Assembly: GCA_965216785.1 (NCBI GenBank)
Contig: OZ244197.1
Location: 2,176,001 to 2,240,000 of the forward strand
Reading direction: 5' to 3'
DNA from: Thermodesulfobacteriota bacterium
GTDB lineage: Bacteria > Desulfobacterota_D > UBA1144 > Nemesobacterales > UBA2774
Length of the DNA: 64,000 bases
Below the pieces are notes generated by a model, which was not told the DNA's origin, searched no databases, and saw only the letters and a program-made list of their open reading frames with translations. The stretch's first letter is position 1. Every line of letters begins with the position of its first letter. Position numbers and translations under genes: made by a program. Positions 9,260-19,083 of this stretch are shown here, in pieces.

Positions 9260-10312
9260 GTGCAAGAGGATAAATTGCAGGACTCCGCTGACAAAAGGGG
9301 CTTTTTTTCAAAGCACGCGACGGACATAGTCGTAATTATTGTTTTAGCTCTGATTGTTTACGTGATGGTCGAGCAAGCGGTAAGGGTGTATCTGTTCGGA
9401 GGGGACGCATTTAGCTACTCTAAAATGTCGAGCATAAAATCTACCGGAGGCTCGGGGAACCTTCGGCCCTCGGATATAGACGGGCTCGTTTACGAGCTAA
9501 AGCCCGGGCTCGATACAGTGTTTAAGCTCGTGCCGTTCACTACTAATTCCAGAGGACTCAGGGATAAAGAGTACTCGATCGAAAAGCCTCCCAATACGTT
9601 CAGGGTGGCGGTTATCGGGGGCTCGTTCACCATGGGAGCCGGCGTTAGGATCGAAGAGACCTTTCACTCGAGGCTCGAAGACAGGCTGAACGGGGAATCG
9701 GACGACATCGCTTACGAATTTATAAATTTCGGGGTCGCCGGTTATACAATGGATAACAAGCTCTTGGTGCTCGAGCACAAGGTGCTTGAGTACGATCCAG
9801 ATCTTGTGCTGTTCGTGCTTGACGGGTCGCAATTCTACGAGGAGAAAGTGCGTACGTTTACACCAAGGACGGAGAAATTTAGTTTTTTTAAAAGCTACTC
9901 ATATGAGCTTTTAAAGAAAATAAAAATTCTGCCGGGGGCAAATAAGAGCGCGGTAGAGTTTACACGCCGGCACATGCGGCATTTATTTTTGCTTGACCAC
10001 GCTTTATTTATGTTGGCGCGCTTTAGTGAGGAGAACGAAATCCCAATATGTATTGTAGTGCTCGACCACGATTATCAGCACGAAAGACTCGGCGGAAAGA
10101 TTGAGCAAAAGGTGAGCGGCGTGAAGGAATTATACTTCTCGAATACGCTGCCTTATTTCAGGCATAAGTATTTCAGGGACTACTCTATATATAAGGTAGA
10201 TATGCATCCGAACGGAGAGGCAAACAGTATCTTTGCCGAAGTTATCTATACGGACTTAAAAAGTAAGTCACTTCTCGGCGGGCCTGAGCAAAAAGCTACG
10301 GAGAACGAGTGA
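9260..10312 (+). CDS. SGNH/GDSL hydrolase, membrane-anchored
   Basis: TNSRGLRD, GGSFTMG (GDS->GGS), NFGVAGY, DMHPN; GGAGG RBS. Confidence 0.85.
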   Translation: MQEDKLQDSADKRGFFSKHATDIVVIIVLALIVYVMVEQAVRVYLFGGDAFSYSKMSSIKSTGGSGNLRPSDIDGLVYELKPGLDTVFKLVPFTTNSRGLRDKEYSIEKPPNTFRVAVIGGSFTMGAGVRIEETFHSRLEDRLNGESDDIAYEFINFGVAGYTMDNKLLVLEHKVLEYDPDLVLFVLDGSQFYEEKVRTFTPRTEKFSFFKSYSYELLKKIKILPGANKSAVEFTRRHMRHLFLLDHALFMLARFSEENEIPICIVVLDHDYQHERLGGKIEQKVSGVKELYFSNTLPYFRHKYFRDYSIYKVDMHPNGEANSIFAEVIYTDLKSKSLLGGPEQKATENE

Positions 10313-10352
10313 ATATGGGATACGCTAATATCAAAGCAAAAACGGGGGCAGC

Positions 10353-11594
10353 ATGAATAGAGCGAAATTAATCTGCTTTTTAGCAATACTTCTGGGCATA
10401 GCCGGGTGCAGCGGCAGCTCCAGCGGAATACTGTCGAGCTGGGTGCAGATGGGACCCTCGGGGAGCGTTATAGCCCGGGTGATTACGATCCGGAATCACT
10501 GTCCGGATATTAAGATTGATAACTTGAGAGTGGAAATGAGCGTGAGGAGCGAGCCTAAAGAGGATTTTCAGGTGCTGGTATGCGAGTTTGAGATCCCGCC
10601 CGATACGGCTGTAGCGAGAGTAGGGGGTAGAGACCTGAAGCTCCCAAAGGAAAATAACACCAGGCTGGTAATTATAGGGGACGCGGGATGCAGGCTCGAA
10701 GACGGTGACACTCCGCAATCTTGCAACGACCCCAAAGCATGGCCGTTTGAGCGCATCGCCAAAAGCGCGGCAAAGCTTGAGCCGGATCTGGTGATCCACG
10801 TTGGCGACTACCTGTATAGAGAAAGCCAGTGCCCGGAGGGAGATGCGGGATGCGAGGGGTCTCCGTTCGGAGATAACTTTCTTGCCTGGGACGCTGATTT
10901 CTTTACCCCTGCCGAGAGACTTCTGAGGGCCGCTCCCTGGGTGTTCTCGCGAGGAAACCACGAGGAGTGCTCGAGAGCGGGGCCCGGTTGGTTTACGTTC
11001 CTTGACCCCAACCCTCCTTTCCCTAAATGTGAAAAGTATACTCCCGTCTACACTATCGATATAGGCCCGGTCGAGCTACTGATGCTTGACTCGGCGAGCG
11101 CGAAGGACAACTCGGCTCCTTCGGGCGAGGTGGAGGAGTACTCTGAGCAGATTGCCGAGCTTGAATCTACGGTGAGTGAGGACGCCTGGTTTGTTACGCA
11201 CCACCCGCTATGGGGAATAGGGGAATCTGACGGAGAAGTGTTCAAGATTAATGATACGCTCCAGGCCTCTACAGACAACACGCTGGCCGCCGGGATAAAC
11301 CTGGTGATAACAGGGCATATACATTTTTTTGAGATACTCGACTTTGACGGAGTGCGCCCGCCGCAGCTGATTGTGGGAAACAGCGGCACAGAGCTTGACT
11401 CTGCCGTAAGCCAACCGCTCGCGGGAATGGAGATAGGAGGCGGTACTGTGCGCGAGGGGATCAGCCTTTCGGAATTCGGGTTTGTGCTGATGGAGCTGAA
11501 CGGAAACGTATGGGAGATGTCAGTTCGCGGTGTAGACGGGGAAGAGATTTTAAGCTGTGATATAGAAGGACCTGAAGCTACGTGCTTTCCCTAG
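10353..11594 (+). CDS. calcineurin-like metallophosphoesterase lipoprotein
   Basis: Lipobox IAGC; GDAGC, HVGDY, RGNHE, THHP, GHIH motifs. Confidence 0.88.
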   Translation: MNRAKLICFLAILLGIAGCSGSSSGILSSWVQMGPSGSVIARVITIRNHCPDIKIDNLRVEMSVRSEPKEDFQVLVCEFEIPPDTAVARVGGRDLKLPKENNTRLVIIGDAGCRLEDGDTPQSCNDPKAWPFERIAKSAAKLEPDLVIHVGDYLYRESQCPEGDAGCEGSPFGDNFLAWDADFFTPAERLLRAAPWVFSRGNHEECSRAGPGWFTFLDPNPPFPKCEKYTPVYTIDIGPVELLMLDSASAKDNSAPSGEVEEYSEQIAELESTVSEDAWFVTHHPLWGIGESDGEVFKINDTLQASTDNTLAAGINLVITGHIHFFEILDFDGVRPPQLIVGNSGTELDSAVSQPLAGMEIGGGTVREGISLSEFGFVLMELNGNVWEMSVRGVDGEEILSCDIEGPEATCFP

Positions 11595-12678
11595 CGTTTA
11601 GCAATCGCCTACTGAAAAACCTTATCATTATTAATAGCACAAGCGGGGTGAGCAGTAACCACGGGAATGAAGCCCTTGTTCCCGGATTAGCTAAAGAGCA
11701 GTTGCTGCCGAACGCCTCGACGGCTTTTGACGGGAAAAACAGAATTACGGTGGGGTCGCTGAGCCCTCCGCTTCCGGGAGCGATGAATGAGCCCAGGAAC
11801 TGGCCATTAGTTGCAGTGTATCGTATCACCTGATTTGTCCCCCGGCTTACCGCGTGGAACCAGCCGTCGGGCGAGAAAGATATACCGAACGGGTTGTCCA
11901 GCCCCCCGCTTCCCGCCGTAACGAATACTTCTACAAACTGCCCTGTGCTTGAGTTGTATTTTAGTACTTCGTTTGTATTTATACTGCTTACGTAAAAGTC
12001 CGTAGTGCCGCGAAATGTAATACCCCTTGGTCCGTCGAGACCGCCTGACCCGGCCGTAACAAAAACTTCAACGAAGCTCCCTGTAGCGCCGTCGTAGCGG
12101 AGCACTTCGTTTGTGCCTGCGCTAGAGACGAAGAAATCACCCCCGAGGCTGAATGTGATGCCGGAGGGAGTGTCAAGGCCGCCTGATCCGGAAGTAACGA
12201 ATACGTCTATGAACTCACCTGTCACGCCGTCGTAGCGGAGCACTTCGTTCGTACCGACGCTTGCTACGTATAGGTTCTCGTCGGGGCCGAACACTATGAA
12301 GCCGGGCGTATCGAGACCGCCCGATCCCGCCGTGACGAACACGTCAATGAAATCTCCGGATTTACGGTCATAACGAAGCACCTCGTTTGTGCCTTCGCTA
12401 GCTACGTAAAAATTGGAGTCTTCAGGGCTGAAAGCTAAACCCACCGGGGTTTCCAGACCGCCTTCACCGTCAGAGACAAAGACGTCAATAAACTCGCCGT
12501 TTCCGCTGTCATAACGGAGCACTTCGTTTGTACCGGGGCTGGAGAGATATATCCTTACCTTACCCTGCGCGCGGGTGTTTACAGAGAATGTGAGTATAAA
12601 AAGAGCGGTAAGAATTCCCAAGAGTACGGGCCAACCAATTTTAAAACGCTTTAGAGGTAACTGTGTCATAATTTCCAT
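11578..12678 (-). CDS. secreted beta-propeller (NHL/Vgb-like) repeat protein with Cys-containing C-terminal anchor
   Basis: AGGAG RBS; FVTAGSGGLD.P repeats; tail NCSLANPGTRASFPWLLLTP...RR. Confidence 0.85.
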   Translation of the reverse strand: MEIMTQLPLKRFKIGWPVLLGILTALFILTFSVNTRAQGKVRIYLSSPGTNEVLRYDSGNGEFIDVFVSDGEGGLETPVGLAFSPEDSNFYVASEGTNEVLRYDRKSGDFIDVFVTAGSGGLDTPGFIVFGPDENLYVASVGTNEVLRYDGVTGEFIDVFVTSGSGGLDTPSGITFSLGGDFFVSSAGTNEVLRYDGATGSFVEVFVTAGSGGLDGPRGITFRGTTDFYVSSINTNEVLKYNSSTGQFVEVFVTAGSGGLDNPFGISFSPDGWFHAVSRGTNQVIRYTATNGQFLGSFIAPGSGGLSDPTVILFFPSKAVEAFGSNCSLANPGTRASFPWLLLTPLVLLIMIRFFSRRLLNAREST

Positions 12679-12794
12679 TGTAACATAACTCCTAAGGGGA
12701 TGGCGACCCTTCGCGAAGGTTGTAGATGGCAAGCACGACATGAATTCCCGCTTTTCCAGGAATAACAACTGTGGGTAGGCTGCGGTATTGTCGG

Positions 12795-12822
12795 GGATTG
12801 CTTCGCTCCGCTCGCAATGACA
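12795..12822 (+). repeat. REP-like family A (GATTGC.KCGCT.CGCTCGCAATGACA)
   Basis: Copies also at 25516, 25935, 27568, 43127, 55820, 56695. Confidence 0.8.
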
Positions 12823-12851
12823 GCTTTCCCGAGTCTCAGGATTCGCAGAAA

Positions 12852-14246
12852 TTACTTGTTATTACAACCCGTATTCCTACGCCAGAGTCTTCTTAATATT
12901 ATGAATGCCGGGATCAGCAGGTACAGCGGGAAGTATGTGCCGCTGTTGCTTGGCTGCGCTAGGGCGCATCCGCCTCCTCCTGCTCCCCCTACCTGTGTCA
13001 CAAGCTCGGAGATAAGCATCTCAAGCGCTCCGATATCGCACACGGGAAAACCGTCGTCAAGACCGTCCTGAGGGCGCATGACCCCGCGCTGGTCAAGTGG
13101 AGGACAGCTGAGGTTGTCGCCCATGTCTATTGCCGGGCTTTCGGGCATGAGAGCGTGGCTCAGAGTGATGCCGTTATTAAATGCGAGGTTATCTAACAGA
13201 GGATCAGTGTTCGAGATGTCCGTAAGCTCGGTGAGCATGCACGTGCCGTCTGAGTCCAGGTTATTGCCGTCTGATGTTATAGGGTCGAAGGGCCAGCAGT
13301 CGTCCCCCATGTTATTCGCTACAATGGTGTTTTGGAGAGTGAGCGTTGAGCCATTAAAAATGCCTCCGCCTCCTAATGCCGGGGCGGTGTTATTAGCAAT
13401 TGTCGAATTTAGAATATCAATTACTCCTATGCTTGTCCCAGCCTGACTGTTAGATATTGCCCCGCTGTTATTCGTTGCCTCGTTATCAGAGAGGGTAGAA
13501 TTGGTGATCGTTATGTTGCCGAAATTAGCTATGCCACCGCCCGCTCTGGCCTTATTGCCGATAATGGCAGAGCTTGATATCGTGACCATTTCGTTGCTGA
13601 ATATGCCGCCTCCGCGGTCGGCTTCATTCCTGTCTATAGTAGTATCTGTAATATCCACAGTGCCGGAGTTAAAGATTCCGCCTCCTACAGATGAATCTGT
13701 AGTTCCCGAAATTAAGTTTAAAAATATATCTACTGTGTCGAGTGTGAGGATGCCTGCGTTTGATATTCCTGCTCCTGCTGCTTCTCCGAGCGCTCCCTGG
13801 GTTATTGAAAGGTTAGTCATCATGACAGTTGTGCCGGCTACGATGATGTGGAATACCCGGTCCAGGGAATTACCGTCAACAATTGTATTGCCAAGCCCGT
13901 TTCCTGTAATCGTGAGGTTCTCGAGAATGTCGAGGTCTCCTGTTAGCGCGGAATCTTCGCCGGTGCCGGGGATGGTTAGAGTAATAGGCACCCCGTCAAG
14001 GGACGTGTCGAACACGATCTCGTCATTCCCAGCGTCCCCAAGCGCGCACTCGCCGGGCGGGACTATAAGACCCGGGGGATTGGTGTTGGCGCTTATAACA
14101 GCCTCGCGGAGCGAGCACTGAAGGTCGAGCCCGCTTATAACGTCGTCATCTGTATTTACTGTGATAACCGCTGAATTTGAAACAGGAATCTGAAAGAGAA
14201 TAAATACAAAAGATACAATTGCCACACGCAAAATTGAATTTGCCAT
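12852..14246 (-). CDS. CSLREA-domain beta-helix protein with choice-of-anchor-Q-like region and Cys-containing anchor
   Basis: CSLREAV; GGGI.N repeats; SPAIDMG...DQRG...CDIGALE; tail GGGGCALAQ...YFPLYLLIP...RRLWRR. Confidence 0.9.
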   Translation of the reverse strand: MANSILRVAIVSFVFILFQIPVSNSAVITVNTDDDVISGLDLQCSLREAVISANTNPPGLIVPPGECALGDAGNDEIVFDTSLDGVPITLTIPGTGEDSALTGDLDILENLTITGNGLGNTIVDGNSLDRVFHIIVAGTTVMMTNLSITQGALGEAAGAGISNAGILTLDTVDIFLNLISGTTDSSVGGGIFNSGTVDITDTTIDRNEADRGGGIFSNEMVTISSSAIIGNKARAGGGIANFGNITITNSTLSDNEATNNSGAISNSQAGTSIGVIDILNSTIANNTAPALGGGGIFNGSTLTLQNTIVANNMGDDCWPFDPITSDGNNLDSDGTCMLTELTDISNTDPLLDNLAFNNGITLSHALMPESPAIDMGDNLSCPPLDQRGVMRPQDGLDDGFPVCDIGALEMLISELVTQVGGAGGGGCALAQPSNSGTYFPLYLLIPAFIILRRLWRRNTGCNNK

Positions 14247-14295
14247 AACTACACCTCCTCTTTTTTACTCGAGAAACTACTTGCCTTTGTGTCTA

Positions 14296-14325
14296 ATTAT
14301 AGAATATTTGCAGGACTTAAGTCAA
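14296..14325 (-). promoter_or_regulatory. sigma70-like promoter for the CSLREA gene
   Basis: TTGACT-N18-TATAAT on the minus strand. Confidence 0.5.
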
Positions 14326-14418
14326 GGTTGCACCACTGCTGCGAATTGGTACCGCAAAATTTGAAAAATTACTTTAACTTAGGAATACTTAGGACGGTTA
14401 GATTCTTTGTAAAATATC

Positions 14419-14907
14419 ATGTGTAAAACAAAGATTTTAAGAAATAAGCCACTTCCCAAGGGGTTTAATCGGCTCCTTATGCGCTCGCCGCTATTGCTCT
14501 ATAAGCTCGGGCTCGGCTGGGTTATGGGGGAGAGGTTCCTGAGGCTCAGGCACAGGGGCAGAAAGAGCGCGCGGGTGCACGACACGGTGCTGGAAGTGGT
14601 GGGAAAGGACGAGCAAACAGGTACCTATTATATAGCCTCGGGCTGGGGCGAGGGTTCTCACTGGTTCAGGAATATACAGAAGACCCCTGGGGTAGGGGTG
14701 CAGGTTGGGAGCCGTAAGTTTCAGGCCAAAGCAGAGAGGGTGCCGGACGATGAAGCATGCGAAATACATTATAAATACTCACAGAAATACCCAAAGGCGT
14801 TCGCGGTTCTGACATACAAACTGCTAGGGGAAAAGCTTGAACCCACAGAGGAAAACGCTGTTAAAATGGCCAAGTATGTGCCTGTGGCGGCTCTAAAGCC
14901 TCTTTGA
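14419..14907 (+). CDS. deazaflavin (F420H2)-dependent nitroreductase family protein
   Basis: L.HRGRKS...TVLEV, ASGWG...WFRNI...P.V.V. Confidence 0.85.
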   Translation: MCKTKILRNKPLPKGFNRLLMRSPLLLYKLGLGWVMGERFLRLRHRGRKSARVHDTVLEVVGKDEQTGTYYIASGWGEGSHWFRNIQKTPGVGVQVGSRKFQAKAERVPDDEACEIHYKYSQKYPKAFAVLTYKLLGEKLEPTEENAVKMAKYVPVAALKPL

Positions 14908-15007
14908 TCCTTCCTTAAGTACATTTCCGCTTGATAGTAATGTAAGCTTTCAAACTGCAAAGAGGACTGCCGTTAGACAATTGAGGATTGTAAAATCGTA
15001 AGGGTGC

Positions 15008-15703
15008 TTGATGAGAACTCTCGTTATCGGAGACATACACGGAAATTTTAAAGCGCTCATGCAGGTGCTGGGGCGCGCGGGTTTTGACTCGGACAAGGAT
15101 AAGCTGATATCTCTGGGCGATGTTTACGACGGACACCCAGAGTCCGGGCGTTGTGTGGAGTATCTGAGGAAGCTCCCCCATTTTATATGGTGTCTCGGCA
15201 ATCACGACTCTCACGCCAGGTGGTGGCTGCGGGGTGAGTGGAAAGCGGGGGACCCTGAGGGGACTTGGTCTCTGGCATCACTTAAGTCCGTCATAGATTC
15301 CTACAGGGACGGGAAGGGTAATCTCGACCAGGAGCTTATACAGCGCCACAGGGAATTTATTGAGACTGCCGTACCGTACTACGTTGACGAGGACAACAGG
15401 CTCTATCTGCACGCGGGGATAGACTGGCGCTTCGCTGTGGACGAGCAGCCAAAGTATTGGATCTATTACGCAGACAGGCTGACTTACAGAGAGCAGGCGG
15501 TTATGCATAAAAAAGAGGGCACGAAGTTTCCTTACAAAGACGTTTTTATCGGGCACACCAAGACCATAAAACAGCACCCGAAGGCAAAACCGGTGAGGCG
15601 CGCGAACCTGTGGAACCTGGACACGGGGGCGGGGACGCACGGGAAGCTTACGGTGATGGACGCCGATACCTACGAGTACTGGCAGAGCGATAGGTGCGGG
15701 TGA
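15008..15703 (+). CDS. PPP-type metallophosphoesterase
   Basis: GDIHG, GDVYD, GNHD, HAG, GHT, DTGA motifs. Confidence 0.88.
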   Translation: MMRTLVIGDIHGNFKALMQVLGRAGFDSDKDKLISLGDVYDGHPESGRCVEYLRKLPHFIWCLGNHDSHARWWLRGEWKAGDPEGTWSLASLKSVIDSYRDGKGNLDQELIQRHREFIETAVPYYVDEDNRLYLHAGIDWRFAVDEQPKYWIYYADRLTYREQAVMHKKEGTKFPYKDVFIGHTKTIKQHPKAKPVRRANLWNLDTGAGTHGKLTVMDADTYEYWQSDRCG

Positions 15704-15718
15704 AAGCTGTGAGCGGCT

Positions 15719-16432
15719 TTACTTTCTATACATGAAAACGCTGTATAGCCCCGTGGATTCGGAGAAGATTTTCTTGGCTTCTTTAAAACCCGCGTCCTTT
15801 CCGAGTTTTAGCCAGGTGCCTTCGGTTTCAGGCAGCTCGGTCGTTTTTACATGGTCCAGGAGCGCCGCGGTCTCTTTCTCCGATAGTCCCGTCCAAGTGC
15901 TCTCTATTATCCTCTTGATCCGCACAAAGTAGGCGTCTCTGTTTTCTCCGTCTATATAGACTGGCTCATATATTAGGTATATACCATCATCCGAGAGGGC
16001 ATTGTGTACCCTTTTCATGAAACCCGCTTTCTCCGCCGTATCCAGATGGTGGAGCGAAAGGCCGATCCATATAACATCGAGCGGGGGCTCGCTGATACTC
16101 TCAAACTCGTTAAAGTCGCCCGATTTAAGCTCTATTTTACAATCCAGTCTCTTAAGCTGTTCTTTGGCTGCCGTAAGCGCGGCAGCAGACAGGTCGATGC
16201 CGGTGTAATGCGCGATTCTTGTATCCCTGAGAGCTCTTGAAGAGTAGTATGCGTCGCCGCAGGCCAGGTCGAGGAAGCTGAAGGGTTTCGTCATCTCAGC
16301 ATTTAGAATATCCCGAAGCACTTGATAAGCCTGTACATGGCCCATGTAATTATTCTCCAGGATCTTCCTGTACGCGGCCCAGCTGGTCTTGAAATAGTCG
16401 GACGGGGTTTCTTTTGTATTCTCAGAAGTCAT
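15719..16432 (-). CDS. class I SAM-dependent methyltransferase
   Basis: FLDLACG, YTGIDLS, LSLHHL. Confidence 0.85.
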   Translation of the reverse strand: MTSENTKETPSDYFKTSWAAYRKILENNYMGHVQAYQVLRDILNAEMTKPFSFLDLACGDAYYSSRALRDTRIAHYTGIDLSAAALTAAKEQLKRLDCKIELKSGDFNEFESISEPPLDVIWIGLSLHHLDTAEKAGFMKRVHNALSDDGIYLIYEPVYIDGENRDAYFVRIKRIIESTWTGLSEKETAALLDHVKTTELPETEGTWLKLGKDAGFKEAKKIFSESTGLYSVFMYRK

Positions 16433-16461
16433 CGTATCTGTCTGTGATTATACCTTGGAGA

Positions 16462-17103
16462 TTAATCCAGGATACCTTTCAAGAGATAAAGGACTCCATT
16501 TTCAAAATAGGTATCGAACTCCACTTTCATGTGTGAAAGCTCGGGGTGCTCCATGGCTTTTAGCTGGACCTCGTTATGATTTGTCATCTGATATAACCCT
16601 GTTGCCATCGACATATGAAGATAAAGAAATTCAAGTGCTTTTTCAGGTGTTAAATTCGGGAAATATTCGCACAATAGCTCTATAAACATCTGTACTTCGG
16701 CTTTAATTGCAAACTTAAAACTAATTACACTCTCGAGAGAGGAGTTCTTTTCAAGGAAATGAAACAAGATTGACAGCAGGTCCAGCATTCTATTGTGCCT
16801 CTTAAGTATCTCGACCCAGACAGAAACGAATTCCTCTGCTGAATACTTCTTCTTTTTCTTATAGGTTTTAACAAGGTCTTTTCTCCAAAGAACAATATCG
16901 TGCTTTAGAAACTCGAGGAATATCTCTTCCTTGGAGCTGAAATATTTGTACAGATTCGAGCGCGTAAAATCGGCTTCCTCAGCAATTAGTACAAAGGTAA
17001 TTTCTTCGAAACTATATTTTTTGTAAAGACGCTCGGTTGCTGCGATTATCTCGGCGATTCTTTGCTCTTTCTGCTCTTCGCTTCTGGCTCTCTCCCATTC
17101 CAT
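16462..17103 (-). CDS. TetR family transcriptional regulator
   Basis: RARSEEQKEQR...IAEEA..TRSNLYKYFSSKEEIF HTH. Confidence 0.9.
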   Translation of the reverse strand: MEWERARSEEQKEQRIAEIIAATERLYKKYSFEEITFVLIAEEADFTRSNLYKYFSSKEEIFLEFLKHDIVLWRKDLVKTYKKKKKYSAEEFVSVWVEILKRHNRMLDLLSILFHFLEKNSSLESVISFKFAIKAEVQMFIELLCEYFPNLTPEKALEFLYLHMSMATGLYQMTNHNEVQLKAMEHPELSHMKVEFDTYFENGVLYLLKGILD

Positions 17104-17194
17104 ATAATCAACTCCGGTTTTATACTCTTTTTCTGAACGATTGTAGAATAACTTAATTGCAGGTTATAAGAATATCAATTGTGGATGATCTGTC

Positions 17195-18076
17195 TCACCC
17201 CTCGTTTGCCATAAACTGCTCCATTATTTTGCGCACATCGTATTTTTCGTCGCCTTCGAAGCGGGGTGCCTGCGCGACGAACGCATCAAGGATTTCTTTG
17301 TAACGCTCTTCGATATAGTCCCTGTTATGGGGATGGGTGACTATATAAAAGTCGCCCCTCTTCACGCCTTCAATTGTAAGCCTCCCGATTTCGTCCGGGT
17401 CCATACCGAGCTGCATGACCATTTCTCCCCCTTCAACGTTTTCAGGCTCTGTGGGTCCGCCCAAGCGCTCGGGTCTGTTCTCAGAGCTTCGGTGAAGGCT
17501 GGTGTTCACAAGCCCGCAGCACAGAATGCTAACGCCGATGTAGTCCGGAAGCTCCATTCTTAAGGTATCAGAGAGTCCCAGTATCGCATGCTTTGTGGCA
17601 ACATAAAAACCCTGGAGCGGTGCTGCAGGGTAGAAGCTGTTTTCAGACGCCGTGTTCACAATGTGAGCGGGAGTACCCTGCTCAATAAAACGTTTTCCAA
17701 ATACGCTGCAGCCGTTCCATTCGCCGATCAGATTAACGTCTAGCAGCCATCTGAAATCTTCTTCCTTGCCCTCAATTACGGTCCCGATGCCGCTTGAAAC
17801 TCCGGCGTTATTGAATATAAGGTCGACGTGGCCATACTCATTCCAGGCATAATCCGCGAGTTTTTCAACCGCGCTGCGGTTGCTTACATCGCAGACGTAG
17901 GAAGAGGCGCGTACGCCATATCCTTTTAACTCTTCTGCTACCCGCATCCCTTTGTCCTCATTCATGCCGACTACTACAACGTGTGTCCCTTCCTTAGCCA
18001 GGGCTCTAGCAATGCCCAGCCCTATACCGCTTGAACCCCCTGTAACTACTGCTACCTTATCTTTTAAATCTTTCAT
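17195..18076 (-). CDS. short-chain dehydrogenase/reductase
   Basis: TGGSSGIG, NNAG, YVATK. Confidence 0.9.
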   Translation of the reverse strand: MKDLKDKVAVVTGGSSGIGLGIARALAKEGTHVVVVGMNEDKGMRVAEELKGYGVRASSYVCDVSNRSAVEKLADYAWNEYGHVDLIFNNAGVSSGIGTVIEGKEEDFRWLLDVNLIGEWNGCSVFGKRFIEQGTPAHIVNTASENSFYPAAPLQGFYVATKHAILGLSDTLRMELPDYIGVSILCCGLVNTSLHRSSENRPERLGGPTEPENVEGGEMVMQLGMDPDEIGRLTIEGVKRGDFYIVTHPHNRDYIEERYKEILDAFVAQAPRFEGDEKYDVRKIMEQFMANEG

Positions 18077-18103
18077 TGTTGTTCTCCTTGTTAATTGTAT
18101 TTA

Positions 18104-19015
18104 CTAACCAAAGTAAAACCTAACATTTGTCAATTCCTGAGAGACGTCCCATAATTTCTTGGCGGTTTCTTTGTCATGCGACAATGTGCTGGACTTTACT
18201 TTTACCGGATACCCTCTCATTTCCATAAATCCATTAGGGCCGTAGTAATCACCGCTCCCGGTATTTTCGTCAAGTGCCGCCCTTAAAGTGGGTAATGCTC
18301 CCTGTTCAGACGTCATAGCAAAGAAATTGTTCAAAAAGCGTATAAATCCCGAATGACGCTGTAGATCAGTGGCCGTCCATCCGGGATGCGCTGCCGTGAC
18401 CTTCGTATTTGAGCCGCTCTTTGCAAGGCGCTCTTGAAGCTCATAGGTGAAATATAAGTTAGCGATCTTGCTGTCGGCATAAGAGCGCTGGGCCCTGTAA
18501 TCTCTTTTTTCCCAATTGAGGTCATCAAAATTGATATTGCCAAACTTGTGGGCCATGCTGGATACATTAACAATACGCGAGCCGGGAGTGCTGTTTATTA
18601 AGTCAATCAGAAAACCCGTAAGCGCAAAATGTCCCAAATGGTTTGTTCCGAACTGGAGCTCAAATCCGTCTTCCGTCTTCGAGTAGGGAGGAATCATAAC
18701 TCCGGCGTTATTTATCAGCAAATCAAGCCTTGAGTATTGTTTCTTGAACTCTTCTGCAAAATTCCGGATTGATTTAAGGCTCGCAAGGTCTAAGAGCATT
18801 ACCTTGACGTCAGCGTTTTGGTTTTGCTCTTTTATTTCTTGTACAGCTTTATCACCTTTTGACTGATTTCGCACAGCGATGATAACTTCGGCATTTTTGT
18901 TTGCCAGCACTCTTGCTGCCTCAAACCCAATGCCACTGCTCGAGCCGGTTACGATCGCTACTTTCCCTATTAGATCGGGAATATTGTCAGCTGTCCATCT
19001 TTGATTTTTACTCAT
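18104..19015 (-). CDS. SDR oxidoreductase (retinol dehydrogenase/WWOX-like)
   Basis: TGSSSGIG, NNAGVM, QFGTNHLGHF, YADSK, AHPG. Confidence 0.9.
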   Translation of the reverse strand: MSKNQRWTADNIPDLIGKVAIVTGSSSGIGFEAARVLANKNAEVIIAVRNQSKGDKAVQEIKEQNQNADVKVMLLDLASLKSIRNFAEEFKKQYSRLDLLINNAGVMIPPYSKTEDGFELQFGTNHLGHFALTGFLIDLINSTPGSRIVNVSSMAHKFGNINFDDLNWEKRDYRAQRSYADSKIANLYFTYELQERLAKSGSNTKVTAAHPGWTATDLQRHSGFIRFLNNFFAMTSEQGALPTLRAALDENTGSGDYYGPNGFMEMRGYPVKVKSSTLSHDKETAKKLWDVSQELTNVRFYFG

Positions 19016-19083
19016 TGTTTTCTCCTCTCAATAAAGTCTTTTTAACTACTTCGATTAGAAAACACAAAACTCTATATGCTAAT

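Noticed and set aside
4100-12560. DNA-level tandem repeats in the two beta-propeller genes
   Set aside because: Explained by protein blade repeats; not a DGR or CRISPR, and no reverse transcriptase in the window
13078-14121. Long antisense ORFs over CSLREA and other genes (also 29128-29910, 37711-38219)
   Set aside because: Opposite-strand shadows of well-supported genes, with no motifs
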